DNA of 63,473 nt, counting the filler, from Folioceros fuciformis (Eukaryota): assembly GCA_049999805.1 (NCBI GenBank). It is 19 parts of 19 records of this genome, joined end to end, with 100 filler letters (N's around TTAATTAATTAA, not from the genome) between each part and the next. Parts side by side here need not be neighbours in the genome. Positions count along the whole stretch, not along the records: positions 23,587 to 25,181 come from JBNGIO010002869.1; positions 25,282 to 27,362 come from JBNGIO010002870.1; positions 27,463 to 29,555 come from JBNGIO010002871.1; positions 29,656 to 33,324 come from JBNGIO010002872.1; positions 33,425 to 36,646 come from JBNGIO010002873.1; 14 more parts are not named here. One strand, written 5' to 3'. Under the pieces are notes generated by a model, which was not told the DNA's origin, searched no databases, and saw only the letters and a list, made by a program, of their open reading frames with translations. Below, piece after piece: positions 24,961-36,746 of this stretch; the first letter of the stretch is position 1; each line of letters begins with the position of its first letter. The translations under genes were made by a program, and so were the position numbers.

Positions 24961-25673
24961 TTCACGTTCTACCAGTGCTGAGGTGATGCCAAACTAAGAA
25001 AAATAAGGAATGCTAGAAACGTGTCAAGGCAGCTTGACATCGTGCATGCAATAGCCAGCAAGCAATAAGGAATAACAAAATAATGAATTGGATAAACGTC
25101 AATGAACATAGAGTTGTTTATATAGTTTAAACCTAATACGCCTAGGTTAACATTAATATACTTAACGTATATTTTTCATACNNNNNNNNNNNNNNNNNNN
25201 NNNNNNNNNNNNNNNNNNNNNNNNNTTAATTAATTAANNNNNNNNNNNNNNNNNNNNNNNNNNNNNNNNNNNNNNNNNNNNGTAGGAGGAGTCAGTAGGG
25301 AAGTGTAGAAGGTAGTGGTGTCATTATTAGTTGCTGGTGTTGGTGCTGGAGTGAGAGAGTGAGTGAAGTGAGTGAGGGAAGTTGCAGATCTAAGAGGTTA
25401 GGGTCGTTGTAGTGACAGGAGTGAGTTTGTGGGCACCGAGAGAGGTGCGGCTGACCGCCAGACAGCGAGGCCTATCCTACGCCTGATCGGAGCTGGAGAG
25501 GAGCCCTCAAATCCATCATCGAGTCGATCAAGTCCGACCCTCCATCCACAGCAGCAAGGAACCCCATCGCTCCTTCGTGGGAACGAAACCCAATGTCTCA
25601 ATGACAGTGGGATAAGTGTGGCCACTAAAGGTGGAACCCGTTGGCAATCAGTGCCCGAGGTTTTGCCTCCACA

Positions 25674-26275
25674 GGTGGGCAGTTGGCTGCGAAAGAGCTT
25701 CCTTGGTGCTAATCTTAGGATCAAGCAACAATCAGCCTTATTTGGGTTGGATGCAGCCTCGGGGAAACCTCTACTTCAGACACAATGGTGGGGCTTATTG
25801 TGGTCTTCTTGCCTTTTTTGTCTTTGGGTTAACTGGTCTTTTGTGGTATATGGAGGACGAGAGCCAACCTTTGCTAAGACTTTATTATGGCGTATATGGG
25901 AGCACTTATTGATTTCAGTAGAAGCATTGAGGCAGTCCCGTTGGAAACAGTTCAAGAGGAAAGAGTGGAGGCAGGCGGGTTTTCTCGATCCAGGGAATGA
26001 GGAGCTTTGGAATCACTCGTGCCCCTGGAGTAGGTGAACTTATCTGGTATGTGGAAAATTGGAAGATTAGTCTGAGTGGTCCTAGCAGCTTGCAATTATC
26101 ATGATGCAGGGGTACGCCTTTTGAGTGTTAAACTTTTGGGCTCGAAGTTGGCTTTCCCCTCTCTCATGGTACTCTCACCCTGTACATACGCAAGCAGGGG
26201 GGTCCCCCTTTGTATTGTCTGTGGAAGATTCAGTCCATCAATTTAATCAGAATCCTTTTCTCGAAAAAAAAAAAA
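25674..26275 (+). mobile_element. LINE 3' end (same family as 20521-22179), cut at its 5' side by LTR X; poly(A) 26264-26275
   Basis: ALFGLDAASGKPLLQTQWWGLLWSSC...WNHSCPWSR matches the 20592-21953 ORF end. Confidence 0.88.
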
Positions 26276-26401
26276 TACTGTCGCCTCCCTCTTTGCTGCT
26301 GGCGCATTCCTCCTGGCCGTCGCGCTCCTCCTCCTACTGGTCCGCCTCTGGCCCTTCTACCCCGCCGCTGGTCAGGCAGGTCCTCCCACATGACCTCCAC
26401 C

Positions 26402-27292
26402 TTACTGCTGCTGCTGCTGGCCCTCGCTGGCGGCGGCACAGGTGACTTGTTGCAGGAAATCCCTCTCCTCCCTCCGTCGCCGAATACTGAGGATGAGGAC
26501 AGGCTCCCGTTCAACCCACCGCTGTGCCTCCTCCTCTGTCAGTTCCTCCAAGACTGCCTCAGAATAGCAATGAGGCAGCCCCCATACCCGCCATCGGTAG
26601 TAGTGGATACCCTTGCCCCTTGTCTTCAATTGTAGGAAGTAGCCCCGCGTCCCTCCTGTGCCCATACGTACATACAAAAATAGCTTCAGAACTCGGGCTC
26701 CCTCCACATAGAGGCCTGGCACATAAGAGGCCTCCTCCTCATACTGCAGCATAACCTGACCCTCTGTCATAAAGGAGGTGCTTACCCCTTCCTCCCTTAG
26801 GCTACCTCGGGCTGCCTGACCCCTGCTCTCCTGGGGTACCTGAGAGTCCTTCATCCCTCCAGCTGCTACTACTTCCCCCGGCTTAGTCCGCCTGGTGCGA
26901 GTCGCCCTCCTAGAACGCCTAGGCACACGCGCCTCTGCCCTTACTGCTTCGACTACCGGGGTCGTGGCTTCAGCTACCGGCATCGTACCTCCCCCATCGG
27001 TAGCCCCTTCAACTACCTTGGGCGTCGCGAGACTACCGGTAGCCCCCCCGGCTACCAGTGTGGCCATTCGACTACCGGTAGCCCCTCCAACTATCGGTTC
27101 TGGAATTGGACTACCAATAGTCCCGTTGGCTACCGATTCTGGAACTGGACCACCGGTAGCCCTTTCGGGTACCGGCGTCGTCGCCCGACCACTGTGCCCA
27201 GCCTTGCCCTTCCCTTTTACTCGCTCTCTAGCCTCTTCCCACTCCTGTTTGTACCTGTCTGCCAGCTTCTGGGCTTGTTCCATCGTAGCCAT
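26402..27292 (-). CDS. Unknown 296-aa ORF, probably a TE accessory protein (coiled coil, GATG repeats, aromatic-rich domain)
   Basis: Long open frame; no recognised domain. Confidence 0.35.
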   Translation of the reverse strand: MATMEQAQKLADRYKQEWEEARERVKGKGKAGHSGRATTPVPERATGGPVPESVANGTIGSPIPEPIVGGATGSRMATLVAGGATGSLATPKVVEGATDGGGTMPVAEATTPVVEAVRAEARVPRRSRRATRTRRTKPGEVVAAGGMKDSQVPQESRGQAARGSLREEGVSTSFMTEGQVMLQYEEEASYVPGLYVEGARVLKLFLYVRMGTGGTRGYFLQLKTRGKGIHYYRWRVWGLPHCYSEAVLEELTEEEAQRWVEREPVLILSIRRRREERDFLQQVTCAAASEGQQQQQ

Positions 27293-28369
27293 CTCCTGCT
27301 CCTAGGCCTTGGCCACTGTGGAATGGAACTTGCACCCAAGAACCTCCAAGGGCCACACTTTCNNNNNNNNNNNNNNNNNNNNNNNNNNNNNNNNNNNNNN
27401 NNNNNNTTAATTAATTAANNNNNNNNNNNNNNNNNNNNNNNNNNNNNNNNNNNNNNNNNNNNGAGGTTAGGGTCGTTGTAGTGACTGGAGTGAGTTTGTG
27501 GGCACCAAGAGAGGTGCAGCTGACTGCTAGACAACGAGGCTTGTCCTACGCCTGATCGGAGCTAGAGGGGAGCCCTCGAATCCATCATCAAGTCAATTGA
27601 GTCCGACCCTCCATCCACAGCAGCAAGGAACCCCATCGCTCCTTCGTGGGAACGAAACCCAATGTTTCAACGACAGTGGGATAAGTGTGGCCACTAAAGG
27701 TGGAACCCGTCGGCAATCAGTGCCCGGGGTTTTGCCTCCACAAATATCAAGGGCAGTGGCAGCATAAGCCTGAACAGAAGCAGAAGAAGATTGAAAGTCA
27801 AGGGCAGTTATTTTGCCCTTCGCAGAGTTCCTTAAGACAAGCTAGAGTCTCAGCTGTGCAGTTGCAAAAGGAGCACTCAAGGTTTTTGACTTAGAGATAG
27901 CATACAAAATTGTGAGGAAAGCATATGCTTGGTTGAGCAATTGCAATTCTTTAATTTTTCCATTAAGAAAGTAAGTAAATTTTCGAGCCATGAAACATTT
28001 TCACATGAGCCATGAATTTTTTTTTCGAGCCATCATTTATGGTTAGCAAGGGCGACTACTAAGGAGATCACAATGTTTTGAAGTTTTTATGTAATGTGAA
28101 TTCATATTTTGCTTAAGCTCCGTAGAACTCAAAGACATACTTTGTTCCTTTTACATGTCCAAGAAACAATTTCATTACACAAAGTGAAGCAATAGCTAGA
28201 TAAACTTTTCCTTGTAATAAGGTCAGCTGCTCCAATTAGCATAAGACCAACCCTCAAGTGAAAGTTGTCCTGTTCCCGAATGCTTATATTGAAGACCTAC
28301 ACTCATATTATCAAATAAATATCGATAAATGCGTTTTTCTGCAACCTAATGAACCAAGCTTGAATTAGA

Positions 28370-28815
28370 GAGAAATTGTGACGCTATGGATACCGCATGA
28401 CTGATATCTGAGCAAGTCCAACCACTAAGGAATAACAAGCATCTGACGACCTCTCTAAAGGGGGTTTGTAATGGCTTCTACATTCAATATATGTAGTAGG
28501 GCTATCCAAGATAGATAAGACTTGACATGCCGCAAGTTGAGTGGCTGAAGGACGAGCTACCTAAAGCTTAAAACGAGTAAGGAGCTGCATAACATATTTA
28601 GTTTGAAAGATGCTTAGTGTACCTTCATCCCTATTTCTAGCAATTTGAACTCCCAGGCAATAGGTAAGAGTTCTCATGTTCTTCATTTTGTACTTGGAAC
28701 TAAGAATATTCTTAACATCCTTCAATAGGTCTTGACTATTCGCAGCAATAATGATGTCATCCACACAAAGAGCAATGATAGCAAGTTTACCATCCTTACA
28801 AAGAAAATAAACATT
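28370..28815 (-). pseudogene. Old Ty1/copia RT fragment
   Basis: IIALCVDDIIIAANS...LTYCLGVQIAR...QTKYV. Confidence 0.8.
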
Positions 28816-31800
28816 AATAAAAATTATTTATGGTTATGATTTGCAAAATGGGACGATATGAATGGAGTTTTTGAAGCTAGCCAACATTGCAAGTGCACAT
28901 ATATAAGATGGATTTGCTTCAGGAGTTGCCCCCTCCCTGGGGCCCTGGCATGACTCAATCCCAGACAAGGATGAAGACAACTTTCACTTCTACATTTTCA
29001 TCCCCTGTTAACCCTCACATGCCTCCTAGACCTGGCTTGCGAGAGTTCCAACCAAACCACAGTCTAGCTGCTCAACTCACAATCATGAAATGAACTCCTC
29101 AAATTGCACCCAGCCTCCATACTTTCGACAGCATGATCTGCTTCTGCTGTTGTGGCTCTCCCGATGCCTGCAACCTACGCAATTTCCGGCAGCACAATGT
29201 CTTCATCTGATTCCTATTGTCCTCCAATCAGATGCGAGTTTACTTGAGGGCAAGCTCTTGCGGACGGGGCTCTCTGGTTGCACTGAAGGACATAACAAGC
29301 TGGGGCAAGGTTTGCATTATCGCTCTCTCAACCTTGCTTCGGACGCTATCTTGTTCTCCAAATTCTACTGGGTTTAACTCGTGGCCAACTTCTTCCATCG
29401 TTGGCGCGGCATGGCCTCAGCCTCACGCACAAAATTGAATCCATCATATCCTGAAAAACTTCTGCACATGGCTAATCTAAGGGTTCCCTCCTTTCTCTTG
29501 TTCAGGGACAATTTGGGTGCGAATCAAAATCCACTTCTTCGGTGGATGAGGAATGNNNNNNNNNNNNNNNNNNNNNNNNNNNNNNNNNNNNNNNNNNNNT
29601 TAATTAATTAANNNNNNNNNNNNNNNNNNNNNNNNNNNNNNNNNNNNNNNNNNNNGCTGGATCCAGGCCAGACGGGCCTTGGGCTGATCCAAGCGGTAAT
29701 GGATGGCAGGTGAGTTTGAGGCGGATCAAGGCGGCCGGTGGGCTAGGGAGATCCTGGCCGAGGGGGAGTCCGAGCTAGGAGGGATCCTGGTGGGTGGCGA
29801 GCTACTGAAGAGCTTAGGCAGCAGCCCAGCCGGGCCGGCTACTGGGAAGCAGGCAGGCCGGCTTGCAAGCTCCTGGACTGGTCAGCAGCATGTCGGCGGA
29901 GCCAGGAGCACGCTAGGCAAGCTGGATGGATCGCGGCCAAGCAGCAGGCGGGGCGAATCTAAGCTGATTGGGACCAGGGCTGGAACCAAAGGCTGGCAAG
30001 TGTTCCAGTAGCAGGATCCCACGCAGTGGCTGGGTGGGATTATGGCAAGCAGCCGGATTCAGTCGGCTAGGCGGATTAGAGGGGAGCGCTGGCCTCCAAG
30101 TGACCGACGCCCCGAGCAGGCGGGTGCCAAGATCAGCCTAGCAGGCCGGCTGGTTGTAGGGCAAGGGTTGGCAGGCGGATCCCGCTAGGCAGCTAGCAGG
30201 CAGGCAGCCTAGCCCATTAGCATGGCAAGCGGGCGCCTGGTTGGATCGGCAAGGCGAGTAGCAGGGGGGCCGGCTCAGCAGTGACCAGCTGCTGAGCAGC
30301 AGCCAGGCGGTCAGGGGCCGATCGGGGTGCGGATCCGCTGGCTTGGGTGGCCCGGCAGCTAGGGGAGCAAGCATGCCGTCTGGCTGGTAGGAACTGGCCA
30401 GGGTAGGTTCACGGCGAGATGCTAGGCGGCGTGGCTAGTCTCGACTAAGCACAATGGCCTGGTTGGCTGCCTTAGGTAGTCGATTGCCCGGCCCAGAAAC
30501 AGCCAGGAGGGGCTGGGATGGTGGGCAGCTGGGGTCAGATGATTTAGAAGCCAGGCCGAACCACAGGAGTAGATTAGGACGAAGGTAGGCGAGCTGAGCA
30601 GACCGGACCCGGGGGGGGAAATGGTCGCCTAGCCAGGTCTCGGCAGACAGCCCGGCCGACGACCGGCAACAAGGAGGCGAGCCCGAAATCGGGATTGTGG
30701 GGGAGACCCTTGAGGCTTGGCAAGCATCCCCCGCCGGAGGACTGCTGGGCCAGGGATGTCTGGAGGATGGACCCTGGCTGGTGTGCATAGAACGGCCCGG
30801 TTGGCAAGATAGGCAGCCATGGACAGCAGCCGAGACAGGCTGCAGGAGTATCCAGCAGGCGGCGACGTGGCAGCTAGGGGTCTCTGGCCAACTGGTTGGG
30901 CAAGCGAGACAAAGTGGATCTGAGGGGGGTTGGGCTAGCGGCCTGGCTAGCTGTCTTAGCCAGGCAAATGCCCGGCCGCGAGCAACCGTGATGAGCCGTG
31001 ACGGCTGGCCGAACAAGGGGGTTGCTGGCTGGAGATGGCGGTGAGGAGTCTGGTTAGCAACCCAACCTGCTCCAATTGCAAGCAAGTAGTAGGTGGCCTA
31101 CGGGCTGGTCGCCTGGCCAGATCCAGGCAAAGGCAGGCTGGCCAGTCGAGTCTGGTCGGCTAGCCAGCTAGCTGAATCAGGAAAACGACAGGCGACTCAG
31201 CAACCAGGCGAGCTGATTGGATCCAATCCCGATCAGCCAGAGACCGAGCAACTGGGATAGTCGCAGTTTGGCTGGAAGCAGGGCTAGGGGAGTCACGGCG
31301 TGCTAGCCGAATCCAGGCGGTGGCTGAGGATAAGCGGTTGAATCCGAGAGCACCCAGGCACGGACGGACTTGCACTTAGTGCACTGCAAACCAAGGATAG
31401 CGGCACTAAAACACTGGTTGTAGACTACTGCCAGGCAATTTTAGGGCGTGGACTGCCCCACCCAAGCATTGAAGGCAAGGGTAGTACACCCCTTGTACCA
31501 TGGCAGCCAGTGGCCGTAATTAGCATACGGCTTGCCATCCGCGGTTAGTGGGTTGGAACTGACTTGCTACTGCAAGCGAAGGGCGGATGCTAATTGCGGC
31601 GATAATGGATGGTGTGTGCCATGCCAGGACGCGACGCCCTGGGGCTATCCGCTCAAGGGCATAAGTCCAGCTGACTAGTCCAGCAGCTTGGAGGTTGGTC
31701 TGCTAAGGACATAAGTGACACTCGGCTTTCCATCCATGAGTAGCAAACCCTGGTTGCTTGTAGGCCGAAGGCCTAGCCTAGGGCCAGGAGTCTTGGCCAG

Positions 31801-32005
31801 TCGTGGCCAGCAGGATGGAGGGAAGGACCTAAAGATGGGAGACTCTGGGGAAGAAGGCAGGGTAATCAGAAGAGGGGAGATGATCTGACCCGGGAGGGGA
31901 GAGGGATGTTGAGAGGCACCCTTGATTTTTGCTAGATGTGAGGGGTTGATAATTGTGGGCAGCTAACGGTGTCAAGGGGCAATGGGCAATTAGAAGCAAG
32001 GGTGG

Positions 32006-32225
32006 GTTAGAGTTAGGAATCTAGGTTAGGTTAGGTCTGGGTTAGACTTAGGTTAGGTCTAGGTTAGGTTTAGGTCAGACCTAGGTCAGGATAGGTTAGG
32101 TCCGGGTTAGACTTAGGTTAGGTTTAGGTCAGACCTAGGTTAGGTCTGGGTTAGACTTAGGTTAGGTCTAGGTTAGATATGGGTTAGGTTTAGGTCAGAT
32201 CCAGGTTAGGTCAGACCTAGATTAG
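32006..32225 (+). repeat. Degenerate (TTAGG/TTAGGT/CTAGG)n array with higher-order repeats
   Basis: Directly visible; cut on the right by LTR X. Confidence 0.85.
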
Positions 32226-33424
32226 TGTGGAGGCAAAACCCTGGGCACTGATTGCAGACGGGTTCCACCTTTAGTGGCCACATTTATCCCACTGTCGTTG
32301 AGACATTGGGTTCCGTTCCCACGAAGGAGCGATGGGGTTCCTTGCTGCTGTGGATGGAGGGTCGGACTTGATCGACTCGATGATGGATTCGAGGGCTCCC
32401 CTCCAGCTCTGATCAGACATAGGACAGGCCTCGCTGTCCGGCGGTCAGCTGCACCTCTCTCGGTGCCCACAAACTCACTCCAGTCAGTACAACGACTCTA
32501 ACCTCTCAGATCTGCGACTTCCCTGACACATCACTGACTCTCTCACTCCAGCACCAACACCAGCAACTACCAACAACTTGCAACGACACCATTACCTTCT
32601 ACACTTCCTCACTGACTCCTCCTACCCGGCAAGAGTCACTGGACTAACCCCAAAGAAAAGAAAGAAGGGAACACTCTCCCTTCTCGGATATCTCCTCCCC
32701 ACAACATTACCAGACGCCATGAAACATGACCGGCCTACAGCACTTGTCCAAACAGGGAACAAGAGTGGACAGGTCGAGAGAAAGACACATCCTTTACAAT
32801 CAAGAGCTAGGGGCAAGCCCCTTCACCCTGGTCATTACACCTTATGATCCTACCAGACACTGTACAACCGACAACACGCGGCTTGCGATCCTACCAGACG
32901 TTGCATAGCCGGCAACACACTGCAGGTCCTAACCCAAGCAGGGACAGACCACAAGAGCTCATGTAGAGAGTACATCCAAGAGCTCACGAAGTGACAGACT
33001 GACTCCCAAAGTGAATGACTACCTCCTCGTACAGGCTCACCTAATCTTATAGGAGCCTCTCTCTCTCTGACTTCACCTCTCTCTAACTTGACAAATATTA
33101 TTTTAATAGGACCACTAGCCTAGCCGGCTGTCACCAGCCACTTATTTAGACTTCTAGCACATCCTGCCACCAATGAGCTGGCCCTACCACCACAAGGATC
33201 TACCACCTCTTAGACTATCTTGGAACTTCGGAGGATGTCTGATCTTCAAAGATTTACGGACGCCGCCTCTTCCTTCTTAGATGGCCGCCCGCTAAGTCTT
33301 CCCCTGCAATTGTTCACCCTTGGTNNNNNNNNNNNNNNNNNNNNNNNNNNNNNNNNNNNNNNNNNNNNTTAATTAATTAANNNNNNNNNNNNNNNNNNNN
33401 NNNNNNNNNNNNNNNNNNNNNNNN

Positions 33425-33541
33425 CTCTCCATGGGCAAGAGTGGTTCCATACCACCTCTTTTCTCGGAGCATAGAACTAGTCACAATAGTCACCCTCTCC
33501 ATGGGCAAGAGTGGTTCCATACCACCTCTTTTCTCGGAGCA
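33425..33541. repeat. End of a ~70-bp-period tandem repeat (CTCTCCATGGGCAAGAGTGGTTCCATACCACC...)
   Basis: Two copies at the contig start. Confidence 0.8.
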
Positions 33542-34093
33542 AGGAAACCAGCAAGCCTCCAAACTTAACGCTTAAACTTACAAGCCCCCAATCCTTACAC
33601 TTAAACCTATACCGTGCTAATACCCTTGTACCTTTTGCTGCGATCACATGTTGTTTCCAAGTCCACAAAAGCAAAGATTTGATGGGCATTAGGTTCTTTC
33701 CCCAATTCACCATTGCCCATCCAATTTATCCAAAGGTTAGATAAGTAAGAGTTCCACACCAGTCCCCACCCTTGATATTGGAATTTGAATAGAGGCTTGC
33801 CTAATAACTCATCTAACCCAAAGAGAGTAGCCTATTTTGAGGGCATCACATTGGCCTATGGGGAGAGGGGTTGGGGCCACCTACTCACCTCCTTTCAAAT
33901 CGCTTAGCACTAAGACTCTTAAGTGGATACAGTCCAAAGGCTAGTAGTCCACACCTAAGCTTTTGCCTTGTGTTTAATTTAAACATAATAATTATTGAAT
34001 TTCTCTTTAGGTTTGAAGGGCCTCATTGTTCTTTCATGTATTATTTTAAATGGGCACAATGGCCTCACGAAGAGTCTAACATACAATAACTAT

Positions 34094-36188
34094 TAATGAA
34101 ATATATGTAGTTTAGAGCATTATTCATTAGGGCACCTTTACTTAAACATTACTTTCTATCTTAAGTAATTATTTAATTAGTTGTTCTAGGTAGTTAATTG
34201 TTATATTAGTTAGTTGTTATATTAGTTGCAACTACCTAGTGGTTACAACAACTTATGGTTGTAACCACCTAACCACCTAGCCTATATATAGGCTTGTACT
34301 CTTTACTTTCTTAATTCAATTGTATTGTATCTCTTCTGCCTAAGAGTTATTGATTCTCATCATGGTATCAAAGCAAGTAGCTCTCTATACTATACTTGAG
34401 CCCTACACTCTCTACTGCCCAATGCTACTCTAGCTTTCTTCTATTACTAATTGTGTATCATGGAGATCTCCTCTTGGGCAGCAACCAAGTGGAGCATCAA
34501 GTTCTCTAAGCATGCGCAACCTATGCATCCATTTCCTTTTCGCTTATCATGGTTTGTCTAAATCCTGGCGAACAAGGAAGAAGGAGGAAAGTCAAGACTC
34601 AGAGAAGGAAATGGCAACAAAAGGACTTCATAGAAGTTTCATCAGAGGAGTTTAATCTTCACTCCCCTACTGAACATGATTTGCTTGAAGTCCATGTTTG
34701 TAATTTAATATTTGCCCTCCTCTCTAAGTCCAAACATAGAGCTAAGTCCATCATATTAGCTAGAAGGACCTTGCTCTCCACATTTAGTCTTTACCAATCA
34801 GGTGCTATTGAGTCCGCAATTTCTCAATTCATCAAATTGAAGACTATAACTTTTCCCCCTAATAAATTACAGCAATCACTCAACACCATCAGATCAGAAG
34901 CTATCCAAATACATACTTCAACTGATGAGAGATTGAATTACCTCAACCAAGAGATATATTTAATCTCCAAAGCTGTTGAGAAACTAACTGTCATAGAGGT
35001 TGATATTGCTAACCCTTTTATCTGGAGCAATACAGATACTTGCAATAAAACAATAAAGAGGTGCAGCACGTGCACGCGCGCTACTCCCAAATTCATCGTG
35101 AGGACTTTGCGTCAAGCACAATCCAGCTATCTTCATTAATTTTGAACATCATCTGCAATGTCTGAAGAGCAAGTTATTGACGAGGTTACACAATCAAACG
35201 AGGACGCCGAAAAACTTAAAAAATGGCTTGCTGGAGAAAGAGCCAAGTGGGAAGAAGAGTGGAAAAGAAAGACTTCTGACTCTCCACATACAAATGTGGT
35301 TCATGGAGAAGGCTTTAAGGAGAAAGATTCAATGGAAAAGGTATGACGTTTGGTAAATACGTGCCAAAGGAGTATTGGGACACCATGACTTATGGGAAAT
35401 CATTAGCGGTGATATTGATCATCCCATCTGGAATCAAGATTCTAAAGCAAACTGGGACATCAAGGATGAGAAGGCTCAAGATATCATCATAAGTGGACTT
35501 ACTGAATCAATGGTTCAGCAAGTCTCAGAAGGAGGAACTTCCAAGGAGATGTGGGACCATCTGACCCAGATATATGCATCAAGCGATGTCATGAGTATGT
35601 TGACAGCCACCCGCAATTTCCAAAATCTCAAAATGAGAGAAAGCGATTTCATTGAAAGCCACATCAGTGCATGTAGATTGGCCAAAAATAATCTTGAAGC
35701 AGCATCTGGTGAAAAGATCTCCGAGAAACAAGCCTTCATCAATCTTCTATCCACTCTACCATCTTCCTATAGGCCTTTTGTGACAACACAAAATGCGGTC
35801 CTTTGCACTGCACAGAAGGATGCCGCAACAACAGGCTCATCAACGCTGAACATCAGCTTAAATGAGCTCATAGGAGCCATCATACAGGAGGACTCTAGCC
35901 GTCGTTACAACACTCGCTCCACCAGACAGCAGGTGATGTTCACAGCAAGTGGCAGAGGTAGAGGCCGAGGCTAGGGCCGAGGCAAAGGGTCTTTCACCTC
36001 TCGCCCATACACAAATCCCCCTCGTGGAGACATTAATCTTCTTCTACGCCTGCAAGAGGTAAAAAGAAGATTATTTGTAATTGGTTCAGAATACCGAATC
36101 ATATGGAGAAAGACTACAATATGAAGAAGAATGGCGAGTCTAAAAAGGAGGCCGCACCTGAAGTACATGTTGCCGTGAAGAAACAATC
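34094..36188 (+). mobile_element. Ty1/copia 5' end: LTR ~34094-34362, PBS 34363-34374, upstream ORF 34549-35139, degenerate gag 35158-~36185
   Basis: TCATCA-TGGTATCAAAGC; HDLWEII.G...WDIKDEKAQ...MWDHL..IY...NLKMRE...LPSSYRPFV...RGRGRG; degenerate zinc knuckle. Confidence 0.88.
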
Positions 36189-36488
36189 TTTTTTTTTTCG
36201 TGAAAAAAATTCTGATTAAATTGGCAAATGCCTCCCACTACAATACAAAGGGAAAGTCTTGCTAACGTATGTACAAAAATCACGCACCAGAAGAGAGGGG
36301 GAGAACTGGTCGTGAGTCCAAGACTTAAGACAAGGCTCTCAGAGAGCGCTCCCCTGCACTATGATTCCCTCGAACTGCCAAAGCCACTAATACTCACCCT
36401 TAAGGTCTCCCACGGACTTTAAGACTCATCATGCCTAGGGGCACGAATGATTCCACCACGTATCTTTCCCAGGCGCTAGGAATCCCGC
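36189..36488 (-). mobile_element. LINE 3' end (third copy) inserted in copia gag; itself cut by a probable LTR starting TGTGGAG at 36489
   Basis: Minus strand AGFLAPGKDTWWNHSCP; poly(T) 36189-36198 on plus; shared TTAATCAGAAT motif. Confidence 0.8.
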
Positions 36489-36746
36489 TGTGGAGTGGTT
36501 TCTTGTATCCAAGAACCACCAAAGGGCCACACTTTCCCTTATTGTCATTGCAACCTTATGATTCGCTCCCAAGGGGTGAACTAGCGTCAAGGAACACCTA
36601 CGATTGTCTATTCACACTTCTACCTATCAGCCGGTCCCTAGACTTGNNNNNNNNNNNNNNNNNNNNNNNNNNNNNNNNNNNNNNNNNNNNTTAATTAATT
36701 AANNNNNNNNNNNNNNNNNNNNNNNNNNNNNNNNNNNNNNNNNNNN

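Noticed and set aside
25429-26037. 202-aa ORF as a novel protein
   Set aside because: Chance fusion of LTR X sequence with the LINE ORF2 end at 25673/25674
29703-31375. ORFs up to 216 aa in the GC-rich block
   Set aside because: Low-complexity Ala/Gly/Pro/Arg translations on both strands, as expected from high GC
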